IMG/VR virus record: IMGVR_UViG_3300038673_000510
Span: 1-64,000 of that record
Source: a virus
Lineage: Duplodnaviria; Caudoviricetes
DNA length: 64,000 bases
Strand: one strand, 5' to 3'
The notes beneath the pieces are model-generated. The model saw nothing but the letters and a program-made list of their open reading frames with translations. It made no database searches and had not been told where the DNA came from. Made by a program: the position numbers and the translations under genes. This document shows, piece after piece, positions 39,156 to 50,488 of the stretch; position 1 is the first letter of the stretch, and each line of letters starts with the position of its first letter.

Positions 39156-39602
39156 ATGACAGAAAGTATTAAAGAAGCTAAGATTAATGAATTTTCTAAT
39201 GATGCTACTATGCTTATGGCAAAATCATATGAACGAATGATAGTATCACAAGGAAATTTTTCAAACATTGCTGTATCTCGGGCGATTGAAATAGCAAAAA
39301 TGCAAAACATTAATTTGGATAGTTCACACATCATTGGCGTTAGTTTTGCCCCACAATTTGCTGTTGTAGCAGTACTTTATAAACCAGTAATACTCGCTCC
39401 TGGTGATGATGGAAATCCAAAACAAGTAAATATTCCGGTGCCAGTAGAATGTTTATTCCCAACAAACGATTCATGGAAAGATATTTATAATAAAATTCTT
39501 GAAGATGCAACTGAGGCAATCAAAAAAGATAAAGAAGCTGGAAAACTTGAAGAAGCTTTTGGTAATTTTGAGAACTTAGGACCAGATTCAGTAGAGGGTT
39601 AA
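39156..39602 (+). CDS. hypothetical protein
   Basis: After class-II promoter. Confidence 0.65.
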   Translation: MTESIKEAKINEFSNDATMLMAKSYERMIVSQGNFSNIAVSRAIEIAKMQNINLDSSHIIGVSFAPQFAVVAVLYKPVILAPGDDGNPKQVNIPVPVECLFPTNDSWKDIYNKILEDATEAIKKDKEAGKLEEAFGNFENLGPDSVEG

Positions 39603-39956
39603 TTGAAAGTATCTATAACAGGTTCAAGAGAATATAATGATTATTTTTCTTTTAAGTCATGTTTAAACGATTATATAAAAGCAAATAAAATTTTTGTTAC
39701 AGAAATTATTTCTGGTGGAGCTAAAGGTACAGACACAATGGCTCACACATTTGCAATAGAATATAATGTTCCTATTAAATTGCATTTACCTGAATGGGAT
39801 AAGTATGGTAAATCAGCTGGATTTATAAGAAACAAATTAATACTTGATGATGCAGAAATGAATTTTATTTTCTGGAATAATGTTAGTAAGGGAGCACAAT
39901 GGAATATAAGTTATTGTTTAAAACACAATAGACCATTTAAAGTTTTCAATATATAA
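39603..39956 (+). CDS. SLOG family (DUF2493/YspA-like) protein
   Basis: ITGSR, ISGGAKGTD, WDKYGKSAGFIRN, FWN..SKG. Confidence 0.85.
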   Translation: MKVSITGSREYNDYFSFKSCLNDYIKANKIFVTEIISGGAKGTDTMAHTFAIEYNVPIKLHLPEWDKYGKSAGFIRNKLILDDAEMNFIFWNNVSKGAQWNISYCLKHNRPFKVFNI

Positions 39957-39963
39957 GGTAAAA

Positions 39964-40557
39964 ATGTTTGACAAATTATTAAATAAATTGTATCAGACGT
40001 TAGATACACCAGAAAGAAAGGAACGATTAAGATTAAAAGTAAAAGAAGCGTTAGAAGAAGCTTATAATAATGGATATAAAACAGCCGAAGAAATTGGACA
40101 AGAAGCAATAAAAGCAAAAGAAAACGATTTAATTGATGAGTATAGTATTTTGTTAGCTACAAAAAATTCCGAGTTGATACAAGCTCGTAAGATGATAAAA
40201 GATTATCAAGATCAACTTAGAAACGCTAAGCGAGCATATAAATCATATTATCATGATGCTGTTGCAAATAAAAAACTTATTGCTGAGGTTGCTGTACAAA
40301 TTCAAAGATTGTTTGATGCATCAGGAGATATTTATAAAAGCTTTATTTCAATTCAAGATAGTGCTCAAGATCATTTTGATTTGATGCTGAAAAAAGATCC
40401 ATTAAATAGAAACTTACTTGGTATTACACAAATTCCAGATAATGGAATTGAAAATAAAACTATATTATCGGAGCAAGAACTAAACGAAACATTGGAAGCC
40501 ATAAATAATATGTCACCAAAATCGTTAAAAGAAAAAAACAATGAAAATAACAATTAA
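39964..40557 (+). CDS. coiled-coil hypothetical protein
   Basis: ORF. Confidence 0.65.
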   Translation: MFDKLLNKLYQTLDTPERKERLRLKVKEALEEAYNNGYKTAEEIGQEAIKAKENDLIDEYSILLATKNSELIQARKMIKDYQDQLRNAKRAYKSYYHDAVANKKLIAEVAVQIQRLFDASGDIYKSFISIQDSAQDHFDLMLKKDPLNRNLLGITQIPDNGIENKTILSEQELNETLEAINNMSPKSLKEKNNENNN

Positions 40558-40735
40558 CACTGAACCGAACGATAATCTTTCTATTTATTCAGAAAACAAA
40601 CAACTTGGAATAATAAATGTCGATACTTTTCTATCTATATTAGATTCTTTTCAAGTGGATGCATATGAAGATGGAGAGGTTAAATTTAGTGTAAATGAGG
40701 TAAAACTATTCAATAAATTAAAGTGAGGTAATTAT

Positions 40736-40960
40736 ATGAGTAGAACGTTCCGAGCAAAAGATTCTTATTACACATGTGAAGAATCATTTAAGGCAACAAT
40801 GGATAAAAAAAGATGGTCCAAACCTCCAAAGTGGTTTAAAAGAATGCGTCGACAAGTAGAACGAGCGCGCACAAAGGATGCAATGCGACATATTCTTGAT
40901 GATATAGAAACAACAAATATTCCTATTATTAAACATTCAGATATATTTAATTGGAATTAA
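40736..40960 (+). CDS. small basic hypothetical protein
   Basis: GAGG RBS; MSRTFR...PKWFKR. Confidence 0.65.
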   Translation: MSRTFRAKDSYYTCEESFKATMDKKRWSKPPKWFKRMRRQVERARTKDAMRHILDDIETTNIPIIKHSDIFNWN

Positions 40961-41049
40961 AAAAAACAAAAAATTTGCGAAATATATAATAAATAAAAAC
41001 CAACTTATATCTCTTTAGGTTGGTTTTTTACTTTACAGTGGAGAAAAGA

Positions 41050-41673
41050 ATGACGGACAAAAAAGAAGTAGGTATGAAGTTTGATGGAGAAAAAGAAAGA
41101 TGGGATCTTTTACCTATGGATGCTTTAAATGAAGTCGCTAAGGTTCTTACATTCGGTGCAAAAAAATATAAAGCTTGGAATTGGGAACATGTTGATGACG
41201 CGGAAAACAGATATTATGCAGCAGCAGAAAGACACCTGCGTGATATTCAAAACGCAAAACGGGGTTTAGAAGGTGCTTCTGAATTTGATTCAGAGTCTAA
41301 TTTGCTTCATGCTGCACATGCTGCATGCTGCTGTTTATTTGTAGCTTCATTAGCTCTTCAACGTAAACAAAAAGAAAAAGAAATTGAAAATCAGAAAGAT
41401 CCAATATTTGTTCCACATTTTGATTTTGAACTTATGAAGTATGGTGAAACTAATTTAAATAAATCTGTTTGTGCTGAAGAAGCTATTAAAAAAGCTGCAA
41501 CACAATTTAATAAATTTTGCGCAGAAATTATAGTAGATCAAGATGGAAATCTTGTTGGCACAAAACAATTAAAAAATGAAGATTTTAAAAAAATCTCAAG
41601 TAGTACAAAAAAGCATTGGCATAATGCAATAACAAAATATTTTACAAGGAAAAAAGAAGATGCAAATAACTAA
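41050..41673 (+). CDS. dATP/dGTP diphosphohydrolase domain protein (DUF5664)
   Basis: GMKFDGEKERWDLLP, VLTFGAKKY..WNW, AAERH, DSESNLLHAAHA. Confidence 0.85.
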   Translation: MTDKKEVGMKFDGEKERWDLLPMDALNEVAKVLTFGAKKYKAWNWEHVDDAENRYYAAAERHLRDIQNAKRGLEGASEFDSESNLLHAAHAACCCLFVASLALQRKQKEKEIENQKDPIFVPHFDFELMKYGETNLNKSVCAEEAIKKAATQFNKFCAEIIVDQDGNLVGTKQLKNEDFKKISSSTKKHWHNAITKYFTRKKEDANN

Positions 41674-42412
41674 AATATACATGAATCAAGGAATGCGTAT
41701 TACACGTATTATGACTTCAGGTTGGGAAAATGCAATCCTTGGCATGAGACTTCCAATGAACTCAGAACATTTATCTGATAGCACTTATAATATTCCTCTG
41801 GGATCAGATAAAGATCAATTTATATTACTTGATTCTGGGTATGATATTGGACCAAAAGATCAAGATCTTATAATCAGACTTGCAAAAGCAGGAACAGATC
41901 ATAGTAAGGTTCTCAGAATGATTCATGTGTCAGCTCTTGTAAAAATGCCTATGACATTTTTTAAACATTATGATACTTATAAGGTTGCAACAACCGCAAT
42001 CTCAAGAAGTACGATGCACAAAGGAGTTGGTAAAGAATTACTTACTAAAGATGATTTTTATGTTGAAGAATGGAACAATGAACAAGATATTATGTTAGAA
42101 ACACTTAATAAGTTACAAATTCAGCACAATAATGCAACAGACCAAACTGAAAAAAGAAAAATTTGGCGTAGATTAATAGACGCTCTTCCAATGTGTTATT
42201 GTCAGGAGAGGCTGATAGATTTAGATTATCAGACACTTCTTGCTATTCTTGGTTCCAGGTATCAAGTAGAAAAATTATCACCGGAATGGAATTTCTTTTG
42301 TGAAGCGTTTCTCAAAGACTGTCCTATGCTTGAAAGACTTTATGAAGCAACAAAGCATAAAAGAACAATGACCACAGAAGAGTTTACTGCGATATCAAAG
42401 GGAAATAAATAA
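41660..42412 (+). CDS. divergent ThyX-like protein
   Basis: DHSKVLRMIHV, YDTYKV, SRSTMHK, LPMCY.Q.R, EW..FC. Confidence 0.55.
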   Translation: MQITKIYMNQGMRITRIMTSGWENAILGMRLPMNSEHLSDSTYNIPLGSDKDQFILLDSGYDIGPKDQDLIIRLAKAGTDHSKVLRMIHVSALVKMPMTFFKHYDTYKVATTAISRSTMHKGVGKELLTKDDFYVEEWNNEQDIMLETLNKLQIQHNNATDQTEKRKIWRRLIDALPMCYCQERLIDLDYQTLLAILGSRYQVEKLSPEWNFFCEAFLKDCPMLERLYEATKHKRTMTTEEFTAISKGNK

Positions 42413-42759
42413 TGAAAAAATTGCATGTATATGTAGCAAGTCCATATTCAAATCCAGATCCAATAAAAATTGAAGCTAATGTACATAGATCTATGCTGGC
42501 TTGTGAACAGTTAATGGTAGCAGGCTTTGTTCCATTTCTTACATTAGCTTCTCATTATTATGATGTTAATCATTATAGTCACACTTGGGAAGAATGGATG
42601 GAATTTGATATTGCTTGGTTGTCAAAATGTGATGCATTGCTTCGTCTTGAAGGTGCTTCTAAGGGCGCAGATAGAGAAGTAGATTATGCAGTAAAAAATA
42701 ACATTCCAGTTTTTTACACAATTGAATCATTAAAAATGTATGCTGAAAATTTAAAATAA
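42412..42759 (+). CDS. nucleoside 2-deoxyribosyltransferase-like (DUF4406-type) protein
   Basis: YVASPY, CDALLRL, SKGADRE. Confidence 0.75.
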   Translation: MKKLHVYVASPYSNPDPIKIEANVHRSMLACEQLMVAGFVPFLTLASHYYDVNHYSHTWEEWMEFDIAWLSKCDALLRLEGASKGADREVDYAVKNNIPVFYTIESLKMYAENLK

Positions 42760-43007
42760 TATATTTATTTCCTTCATTAAATATTAATATATAATGCTTA
42801 ATGGAGGTATTATGATACAAGAAAAACTAAATATTATTTTGATTCTTAGAAAATATATTAGCGATGCTATAATGATGCATAAAGATTTAAAACGATTTTG
42901 TAAATATTGTAATGCTAAAGAACAATATAGATGTGAAACATGGACAATAGAACATAAAGCTAAATGTCCAATATTAGAAGCAAAAAAATTATTGAGTAGA
43001 TTAGAAA

Positions 43008-43619
43008 ATGAAAAATGAACATAGTATTTTTATGAATATTGCTAAAGAAATTTCAAGAGCTTCTACTTGTTGCAAACGGCAAGTAGGAGTCGTTATTATT
43101 TCTCCAGACAACAGAATAATTTCTACTGGTTATAATGGTGTTGTTAGTGGTGCAGCGCATTGTACTACTACGTTGAAAACTATTATAGGCCATTATGTTG
43201 ATTCTGATTATGATAATTTTAAAAATAGAATTTTTGTTATCAGTCTCGGCAATGAAAGATTCAGATATGAAATACCAAACGATATTCCACTTAGTGAATC
43301 TATGTTTATTGATTATGTTTATAATGATATGATTGAAAAAGATTATATTAAAAGATGGCATTCTGAATGGTCAAAACAAAATGAAATTCATGCTGAAATT
43401 AACGCACTTCTTAATGCAACAATTCCTTCCTTAAAAAATTGTTCAATGTATGTTACATTAAGTCCTTGTATTGATTGTGCAAAAGCAATAGTTGCTGCAG
43501 GAATTAAAAATGTTTACTATCTTGGAGATAGAAGCAACAAATCAGACGATGGTATAGAATATCTTAAAAAAATAAGAACAATTCAATTAGATCATGAACA
43601 TTATAAAAAAATCTTATGA
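43008..43619 (+). CDS. dCMP deaminase
   Basis: STC..RQVG, TGYNG, HAEINA, SPCIDC. Confidence 0.93.
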   Translation: MKNEHSIFMNIAKEISRASTCCKRQVGVVIISPDNRIISTGYNGVVSGAAHCTTTLKTIIGHYVDSDYDNFKNRIFVISLGNERFRYEIPNDIPLSESMFIDYVYNDMIEKDYIKRWHSEWSKQNEIHAEINALLNATIPSLKNCSMYVTLSPCIDCAKAIVAAGIKNVYYLGDRSNKSDDGIEYLKKIRTIQLDHEHYKKIL

Positions 43620-43882
43620 GGATTGACAAGAATTAAAATAAAGATTATAATAATATCATAAAGGAAAACACAAAAGAAAATAAAAATGAAAGCAATCATA
43701 AAAATAAAAAAGAATGAATCTAATTTCTGCTGTCTGACTTGTCCAGCAAATCATGATGCAGCGGTTGGAAGTATAGGGTGTATGATGTGTAATTTTTATG
43801 ATAAAAAGGCTTCAACTCAAATATTTGTGCATTGTACATCTCCGGTTGCTGTTGTATTTTTACAAAGTTTAAGAGGATAATT

Positions 43883-44218
43883 ATGATTTGTAAAGAATGC
43901 GGAAATGAAATAAAGATGGTTAATATTCCTTTTGTTGATAATAATATTCGTGCCAATGGAATATGTCTTGAATGTGAAAGGTGGCTTAATCTGTTTGATG
44001 AGATTCAGATTAATAAGGGTCATTTTACCATGAATGGAAAATATTGGATAATTGATCCGAAGTCAAAAAACGAAGTTTATTCTTCAAATAAATTTTGTTT
44101 CAAAAAAGATGGCGTCGATGAAATTCTTTATTCCAATACTATAGTTTGTGTCGGTAAAATTCCAGCAAGATTTTCGAATCTTTTTCCAACAGATTGTGGG
44201 CGATCAGTAGGTGAGTAA
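43883..44218 (+). CDS. hypothetical protein
   Basis: GAGGA RBS, MICKECG. Confidence 0.55.
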   Translation: MICKECGNEIKMVNIPFVDNNIRANGICLECERWLNLFDEIQINKGHFTMNGKYWIIDPKSKNEVYSSNKFCFKKDGVDEILYSNTIVCVGKIPARFSNLFPTDCGRSVGE

Positions 44219-44891
44219 TACTAAAAGATTAGTAATAATATTATTATTTAGCAAAAGGTGAGTTTTTATGACAGATGAAGAAATTGTAATTCTGAAACGA
44301 TTAAGCAAAAAACTTAAACGTAAAGCTTCAATTGAAATGAAGAAAGTGAAAAATGACATAACTCATTATGAAGGTATGTGCAAAGGTATGTGGATTGGCT
44401 ACAACGAATCTGCTACTGAAATTGATAAAATACTAAGAGAAATAAAATGACGATAAAGGTAACAAAAACAATAGAAACACCTAAAATTGTTTTCAAGCAT
44501 TAAAACTAAAAAAAAATATTTATTCATTTTGAGAGGAAAAATGGAACAGTCAGAAGTAATTGCTAAATTGATTCTTACAGCAAGTGTGTTTGTAAGTATT
44601 GGTGGTCATACAGTGATGTGGCTCATGAATAAAACGCCGTTTTCAAAATTTCTTGGTAGTCTTCTTGGTGTTGGTTTTAATGCCGCATTACTTTATTATG
44701 CTAAAGTTTTTAACTTTATTAAGTTCTGAGGCAATGTATGACAAAGTGTATTTGCGGATATGTAGATAATGGTGGATTTAATGAAGAGCCGTTTATAGAA
44801 ACAGGTTGGGTTGTCGGAAAGAATTATGATCGTATCCCAGTTGTGGTTTGTCCTAAGTGTGGAACATTAAAAGCAAACGTGAGGAATTAAA

Positions 44892-45185
44892 ATGATTATT
44901 GATAATACGGAAATTTTTGCTCGTTTTTCTTATTATACAGATTTTAAGGCTCGTGCATTGTATTTTATTGATGAGTATAATAATCCGTATTGTGTTATGA
45001 CAGTAAATATTCCTGATGTTATACTTAAAGATGATGAACTCCTTATAAAAACTTGGGGAGAATGTGAAGATATGTATGATTCACTTGTTAAAATGGGCGC
45101 ATTAATACCGACCGGAGATGTTGTGCCAACCGGTTTTGTGTGCGCTGCAATTTGCAAATATAACCCGGAGATATTAATGAAATGA
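44892..45185 (+). CDS. DUF4313-like hypothetical protein
   Basis: PYCVMTVNIP, PTG...TGFV. Confidence 0.55.
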   Translation: MIIDNTEIFARFSYYTDFKARALYFIDEYNNPYCVMTVNIPDVILKDDELLIKTWGECEDMYDSLVKMGALIPTGDVVPTGFVCAAICKYNPEILMK

Positions 45186-45623
45186 AAAAAATCATATTAT
45201 TTTTGCTTATATTTGCAATTGCAGTGGGAACGGTATCTGCACAAAAGCCTAAAGTGAAAATAACATTGAAATGTTATTACATTGGCAACGATCAATATCG
45301 TTGGTATGTTCACAGTAGATATTCTCTTCCATATCTTAAAGACGGAAAGAATGTTGCATGTTCAAAAAAGGATATTAAATGATAGAATATAAAAGCTTAG
45401 AGCATGGAAGTACAGTTGTAGTAGTAAACAATAAAGTAGAATTAAATAAAGTTTTAAACTGGTGTAAAGAAAAAGATAAAATAATAATTGATTGGTTTAA
45501 TAAAGTTGAAAAATTTCCATTGTGTATTTCTGTTGCAAGCGATATTGTCGGATGGACAGACAAAATGGATAGAGCTTTATATTATAAACCATTTGAAGAT
45601 TTTTTAAAGGATATTGGTGAATA

Positions 45624-46673
45624 ATGGAATTTAAATTGCAAGATTTTCTTGAATTGACAAAGATTAAAGAAGAAATTAGAATGAAAGAAGAAATTGTTAA
45701 TGGTGTTCGCGTTGGAATTTTTTCTTATATGGTTTCTATGCCCGATACTTTTGATTCGGATCTCGCAAAAGAATGTCGTGGTATTACATTTAATCTTGAA
45801 ACTGGTGAATGTATCTGCCGTCCATTCCCTAAATTTTTTAACGTCAATGAAAAACCAGGTTGGCTTGAACATGAATTAGATTGGAAAAATATTACTTATG
45901 TTGGTGAAAAGTTTGATGGTTCAATGATTACTCCAGTTCTTGTTAATGGAAAAGTTTTTCTGAAAACCAAAAAAAGTTTTTATTCTGATGTTGCAATTCA
46001 GGCAACTCAATATATGAATAAGAACAATATTGTGTTTGACTTCAAGAAAGATGAAACATTACTTCTGGAATATATCGGACCTGATAATAAAATCGTTATT
46101 GATTATCCACAAGAAAAATTTGTATCTCTTGCTGTACGTAATATCAATTCTGGTAAAATTACCTTCACAACTAATATTTTTGATGAATGTAAAAATTTAA
46201 TTCAAGATGGATTGTTTATTGAATATGTTAGAACATTAGTTGGTAAAGAAGGTTTTGTATGTTATGATGCAACTAATGATAAACTATTCAAAGTAAAATC
46301 TCAATGGTATATGGATCTTCATAGATTGATTGATAAAATTTCAGGACGTGATGTTTTAGTAATGATCCTGGATGAAACTATTGACGACTATTCGTCTGCA
46401 ATTGCTGAAAACAAACGTAAATATAATGCAATCGCAGAACTTACAAAAGAAGTTAATCAGTTTAAACTTCAGTTAATCAAACGAGTTGAAAAAACATATA
46501 TGGAAAATTGTGCACTATCTAAAAAAGAATTTGCACAACACATATTTGCTAATGGTCATAAAGATATTAGCGGAATATTGTTTGCATTATATGACCAGAA
46601 AGATTATATGATTCAGATCAATGGTTTTGTAAACAATGTTTATAGAGAAAAATTAAGTGGGGTTATTTTTTAA
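45624..46673 (+). CDS. RNA ligase 1 (T4 Rnl1-like)
   Basis: ECRGITF, PFPKFFN, EKFDGS, EGFV, KVKSQWY. Confidence 0.92.
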   Translation: MEFKLQDFLELTKIKEEIRMKEEIVNGVRVGIFSYMVSMPDTFDSDLAKECRGITFNLETGECICRPFPKFFNVNEKPGWLEHELDWKNITYVGEKFDGSMITPVLVNGKVFLKTKKSFYSDVAIQATQYMNKNNIVFDFKKDETLLLEYIGPDNKIVIDYPQEKFVSLAVRNINSGKITFTTNIFDECKNLIQDGLFIEYVRTLVGKEGFVCYDATNDKLFKVKSQWYMDLHRLIDKISGRDVLVMILDETIDDYSSAIAENKRKYNAIAELTKEVNQFKLQLIKRVEKTYMENCALSKKEFAQHIFANGHKDISGILFALYDQKDYMIQINGFVNNVYREKLSGVIF

Positions 46674-46698
46674 CCCCACTATTTTTATGAGACATGAT

Positions 46699-46968
46699 AT
46701 GAAGAAAGTAACTATTGATTTTAATTGTAATGAAACTGTTGAAATTACATTAAACGAAAATGGCGCAAAAATTTATAATGATTATTATAAACAATTTGAT
46801 ACTTATTTTAATGAAAATCGACGTCATAAAAATATTCAGCCAGGAGTGCGCAGTATGCAATTATGGGATGTGATGAATATTTTTGGGCCACATTTAGGTC
46901 TTGGTAAAACTGCGCCATTTGAAAAATTTGAAATTAGATTTACAGTTGAGGTACCCGATGAGAGTTAA
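46699..46968 (+). CDS. hypothetical protein
   Basis: QLWDVMNIFG phage motif. Confidence 0.6.
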   Translation: MKKVTIDFNCNETVEITLNENGAKIYNDYYKQFDTYFNENRRHKNIQPGVRSMQLWDVMNIFGPHLGLGKTAPFEKFEIRFTVEVPDES

Positions 46969-47202
46969 AGCACTCATTCAATCTGGAGAAATTCCGGCGG
47001 GATCAATTATTGACGTTGAAAAAGAAGTATATGGAAATTTTTTTGGAATTTGGCGTTCACACTTCGGAACATTCAATGTAAGTATTTCTATTAAAGATTG
47101 TGAAATTATTAAAGAATAGTGGATTGATATATGGCCCAATGATTGAAGTAATTAATGATATAAATTTTATTGAAATAAAGTAAGTAGGTAGGTAAGTAAT
47201 TA

Positions 47203-48114
47203 ATGATTAAAGTAATTTTTGCGCGTGGGCTTATTGCGTCAGGAAAATCCACGTGGGCCAAAGAATTTGTAGCAAATAATCAGAATTATAAAAGAGTATC
47301 TCGTGATGATTTTCGTCATATGACCAACTCTTATATTTATACTGATGAAAATGAAAAAATGGTAACTAAGTTATGGGATGTTACTGTTGCCAGTCTTATT
47401 GCACAAGGATACAATCTTGTTATTGATGAGCAGAATCTTAATAGTAAGTATCTTGAAGATCATAAGAGTTTTATTAAAACTGTTTGTGACCATGAAAACA
47501 AGACTGTAGAATTTTTAGTTAAAGATTTTCCAATTACTCTCGGCGAAGCAATTACCAGAGATAAACAAAGAGATTTTTCAATTGGTGAAAAAATTATAAA
47601 AAAGACTTGGCATAAGTATGAACTTACTTTGCGTAAGATGCTTGAAGATTCACGCAAAACAAAAGTTTATCCTTTTGATCCTAATCTTCCATATTGTATA
47701 ATTTGCGATATTGATGGGACTCTTAGTCGTCCAAATGACCGAGGAATTTTTGATTATTCAAAAGTTGATAATGATTATGTTATAGAACAAGTTGCTTTTA
47801 TGATTAAGAAACTTAAAGAAAGTACAAATATGATTATTGTCATGATGTCTGGTCGTGAGGAACAAGCTCGTGAAAAAACTATTAAATGGTTTGAACAAGC
47901 TAAGATTCCTTATGACTTCTTTTACATGAGAAAAGACAAGGATTCTCGTGCTGATAATATTGTTAAACTTGAATTGTTTGATAATCATATTAGAAACAAA
48001 TTTAATCCTTTCTGTGTATTCGACGATAGAATCCAGGTTCTTAAAATGTGGCAAGATCTTGGAATTTTTACTTTTGATGTTCGTCAAGACGCAGAAGGAA
48101 AAAATATTTTTTAA
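47203..48114 (+). CDS. pseT: polynucleotide 5'-kinase/3'-phosphatase
   Basis: GLIASGKST, SRDDFR; HAD DIDGTL, SGR, FDDR. Confidence 0.92.
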   Translation: MIKVIFARGLIASGKSTWAKEFVANNQNYKRVSRDDFRHMTNSYIYTDENEKMVTKLWDVTVASLIAQGYNLVIDEQNLNSKYLEDHKSFIKTVCDHENKTVEFLVKDFPITLGEAITRDKQRDFSIGEKIIKKTWHKYELTLRKMLEDSRKTKVYPFDPNLPYCIICDIDGTLSRPNDRGIFDYSKVDNDYVIEQVAFMIKKLKESTNMIIVMMSGREEQAREKTIKWFEQAKIPYDFFYMRKDKDSRADNIVKLELFDNHIRNKFNPFCVFDDRIQVLKMWQDLGIFTFDVRQDAEGKNIF

Positions 48115-48890
48115 GGATAATATAATACATGAAACAAAACGTTCATATTCATCGGATGATTCTTTTAACCCTATAGGATTGAGCATAGGTGGTGGAGATT
48201 TTTCTTCATCGCCTATTTCTTTTTTTAACAATGATAATGATTTTTCTGGTGGAGGTGGTGATTTTGGAGGAGGTGGCGCATCTGGAGATTGGTAAACAAA
48301 ATAAATGTATCCATGAATAGAAGGACATCAGTACTTTCCATTCTCGTTATCAGCTTAAATGTATTAAGTGTAGTAAAACGAAATTAGATAAGGATAAAAT
48401 AAAAAATGAAAAATAAAGTTTTGATTGTGTTTTTAATTATTGTTGCAATATTTATAACTTCGTTGATGATAAAAATTGAAAAAACAAACAAGCAAATTAA
48501 TAGCCTTAATAAAAATATACAATTTTTAAACAATGAAGTTGAAGCAATTAATAGACGTTTAAGTCTTGATTCAACGGTAGATTAATATGGAAAAAATTGA
48601 ATGCACATGTAATAAAGGGCTCATAGAAAAATTGCATACAATGAAACTTGGAGATGGAAAAGAAATCTCAGTAAAAACACAAAAAGTATGTTCAGTTTGT
48701 CATGGAACCGGTTTTATAGAAAAATAAAACAACTTATTTGCGTTTTAAATATAATAATTAAAAGGAGAAAATTTATGTCTATGTGTGATGCAACATTTGC
48801 GAGAAAATCAATAGAATTAAATAAAGAACGTTTTCATATAGATGATTGTTTAATAAATGTTTTAATTAATACCATTGAGGTTGTTGATAA

Positions 48891-49175
48891 ATGAAAGAAA
48901 AATTTTTTATACAATATGGAATGAATGCACCAGTAGCAATAGAAAAAGTTAAAACATTTAAACGCACCGGCGGAAATATAGAATTTTTTTTTGACAGTGG
49001 AGTTGTGACATGGCAATTTGGTACTGTTGCTGAAGCTGAATATGCGCATAATATTTTAATAAAAACATATGTTTATAAAATGGACACATTACTTCAAAAA
49101 GAAGCAAAAGAAACAATGAAAAAACTTAAAGTAGAAGATAGTAATGAAAATGAGCCAAAACCCGATATGCTTTAA
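48891..49175 (+). CDS. hypothetical protein
   Basis: GAGG RBS. Confidence 0.6.
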   Translation: MKEKFFIQYGMNAPVAIEKVKTFKRTGGNIEFFFDSGVVTWQFGTVAEAEYAHNILIKTYVYKMDTLLQKEAKETMKKLKVEDSNENEPKPDML

Positions 49176-50488
49176 TTCTTATAAGGGTTGACAAAAAAAA
49201 GACAAAATGTTATAATATTAACAACGAACAAACAAAAGTACAAAGGGAAAAAGTATGCAGAAAGATGTTATTACTCTCGTAACAAAACACATGGATAAAA
49301 ATCATGCTGTTGAGTTATGGAGTGATGACAAACAAAAAGTGAATAGGCTGGAAATAATTTTCAATCATATTCATTTTATGAAAACAAATTACCTATATAA
49401 TCCCGAAACATTATTTGAAAAAAAATAAATAGTTTTATTCCTTTAAATTTGTTTCTACAGAGCAGATCAGATACTTTTATTATGTTAGAAACATGGTCAG
49501 ATAAAGAAGATTTAATGCTTGAGTTTGCTGAGTTTTGCGCAAAAGAATTAAACCTTTCATTTAATATTATATAAAGGAAAATACAAATGCACGGAAAAAT
49601 TATTAAAATTCATAATCATGAAATTCTTAAACAAAAAAGACATAAGATTTTTGATTATATAAGTGTTGATATGGTGATGGCGCAGTTCAAATGGTTGTTA
49701 TGACTATTGATGCATACAATCTTTATATGTTTAAGGATTCTCTACTTGCAAAGGGTATGTTATACGATGACATCGAAAAACTTTGCAATCTTCAAATTGA
49801 AGTCTGTCAAAATGATGAAGCTCGTAATTTTTGTGAGGGTTAATATGGAAAAGAAAATATTTGAAGTATCATATGAAGGTTGGGATGGTGGTTCTGAAAT
49901 GTGTACTCACTACCTCCTTGTTGAAGCTGAAAACGAAGAACAAGCGAGAGACAAAGCTAATCTTTATTTGATAGATACTGTTACTCCTAAGCACATGTTC
50001 CGTTCAGTCGATAGAGTTTGGGAAGCCAAAATAATAAGATAAAAACATGGAAACTGAAAATGTTGATAAAGAAGAATTACTTCAATTAGCATATAAAAGC
50101 CTTTGTGAATATTGTCAACGTAGTTATCCTTGTGCGGTTTGTAGGTACAAGAGCATAAAAGAATATGTAAAAAAAAATTAAATTGGAAATAAAAATATGA
50201 AAAATATAATTCCAGCTTGGAAGCTTCATAAGACTCGTACTATGATTCAACAGAAAAGTAAAGTACAAACAAATCGCAGAGTTTATAAACGCGATAAAAA
50301 ATCATGGAAGAACATGGTATGAAAGCCGAAGTAAAACATATTGACAATTTGTTTTCAAATATCATAGATTATATAACTATCAACACTGTACTTGATGATG
50401 GTGATTATGATTTTATTGAAAACAGATTAAAAGCGGTATCTGCTGCAATTACAAGAAAAAAAATTGATATAAAAAGAGGAAAATCAGT

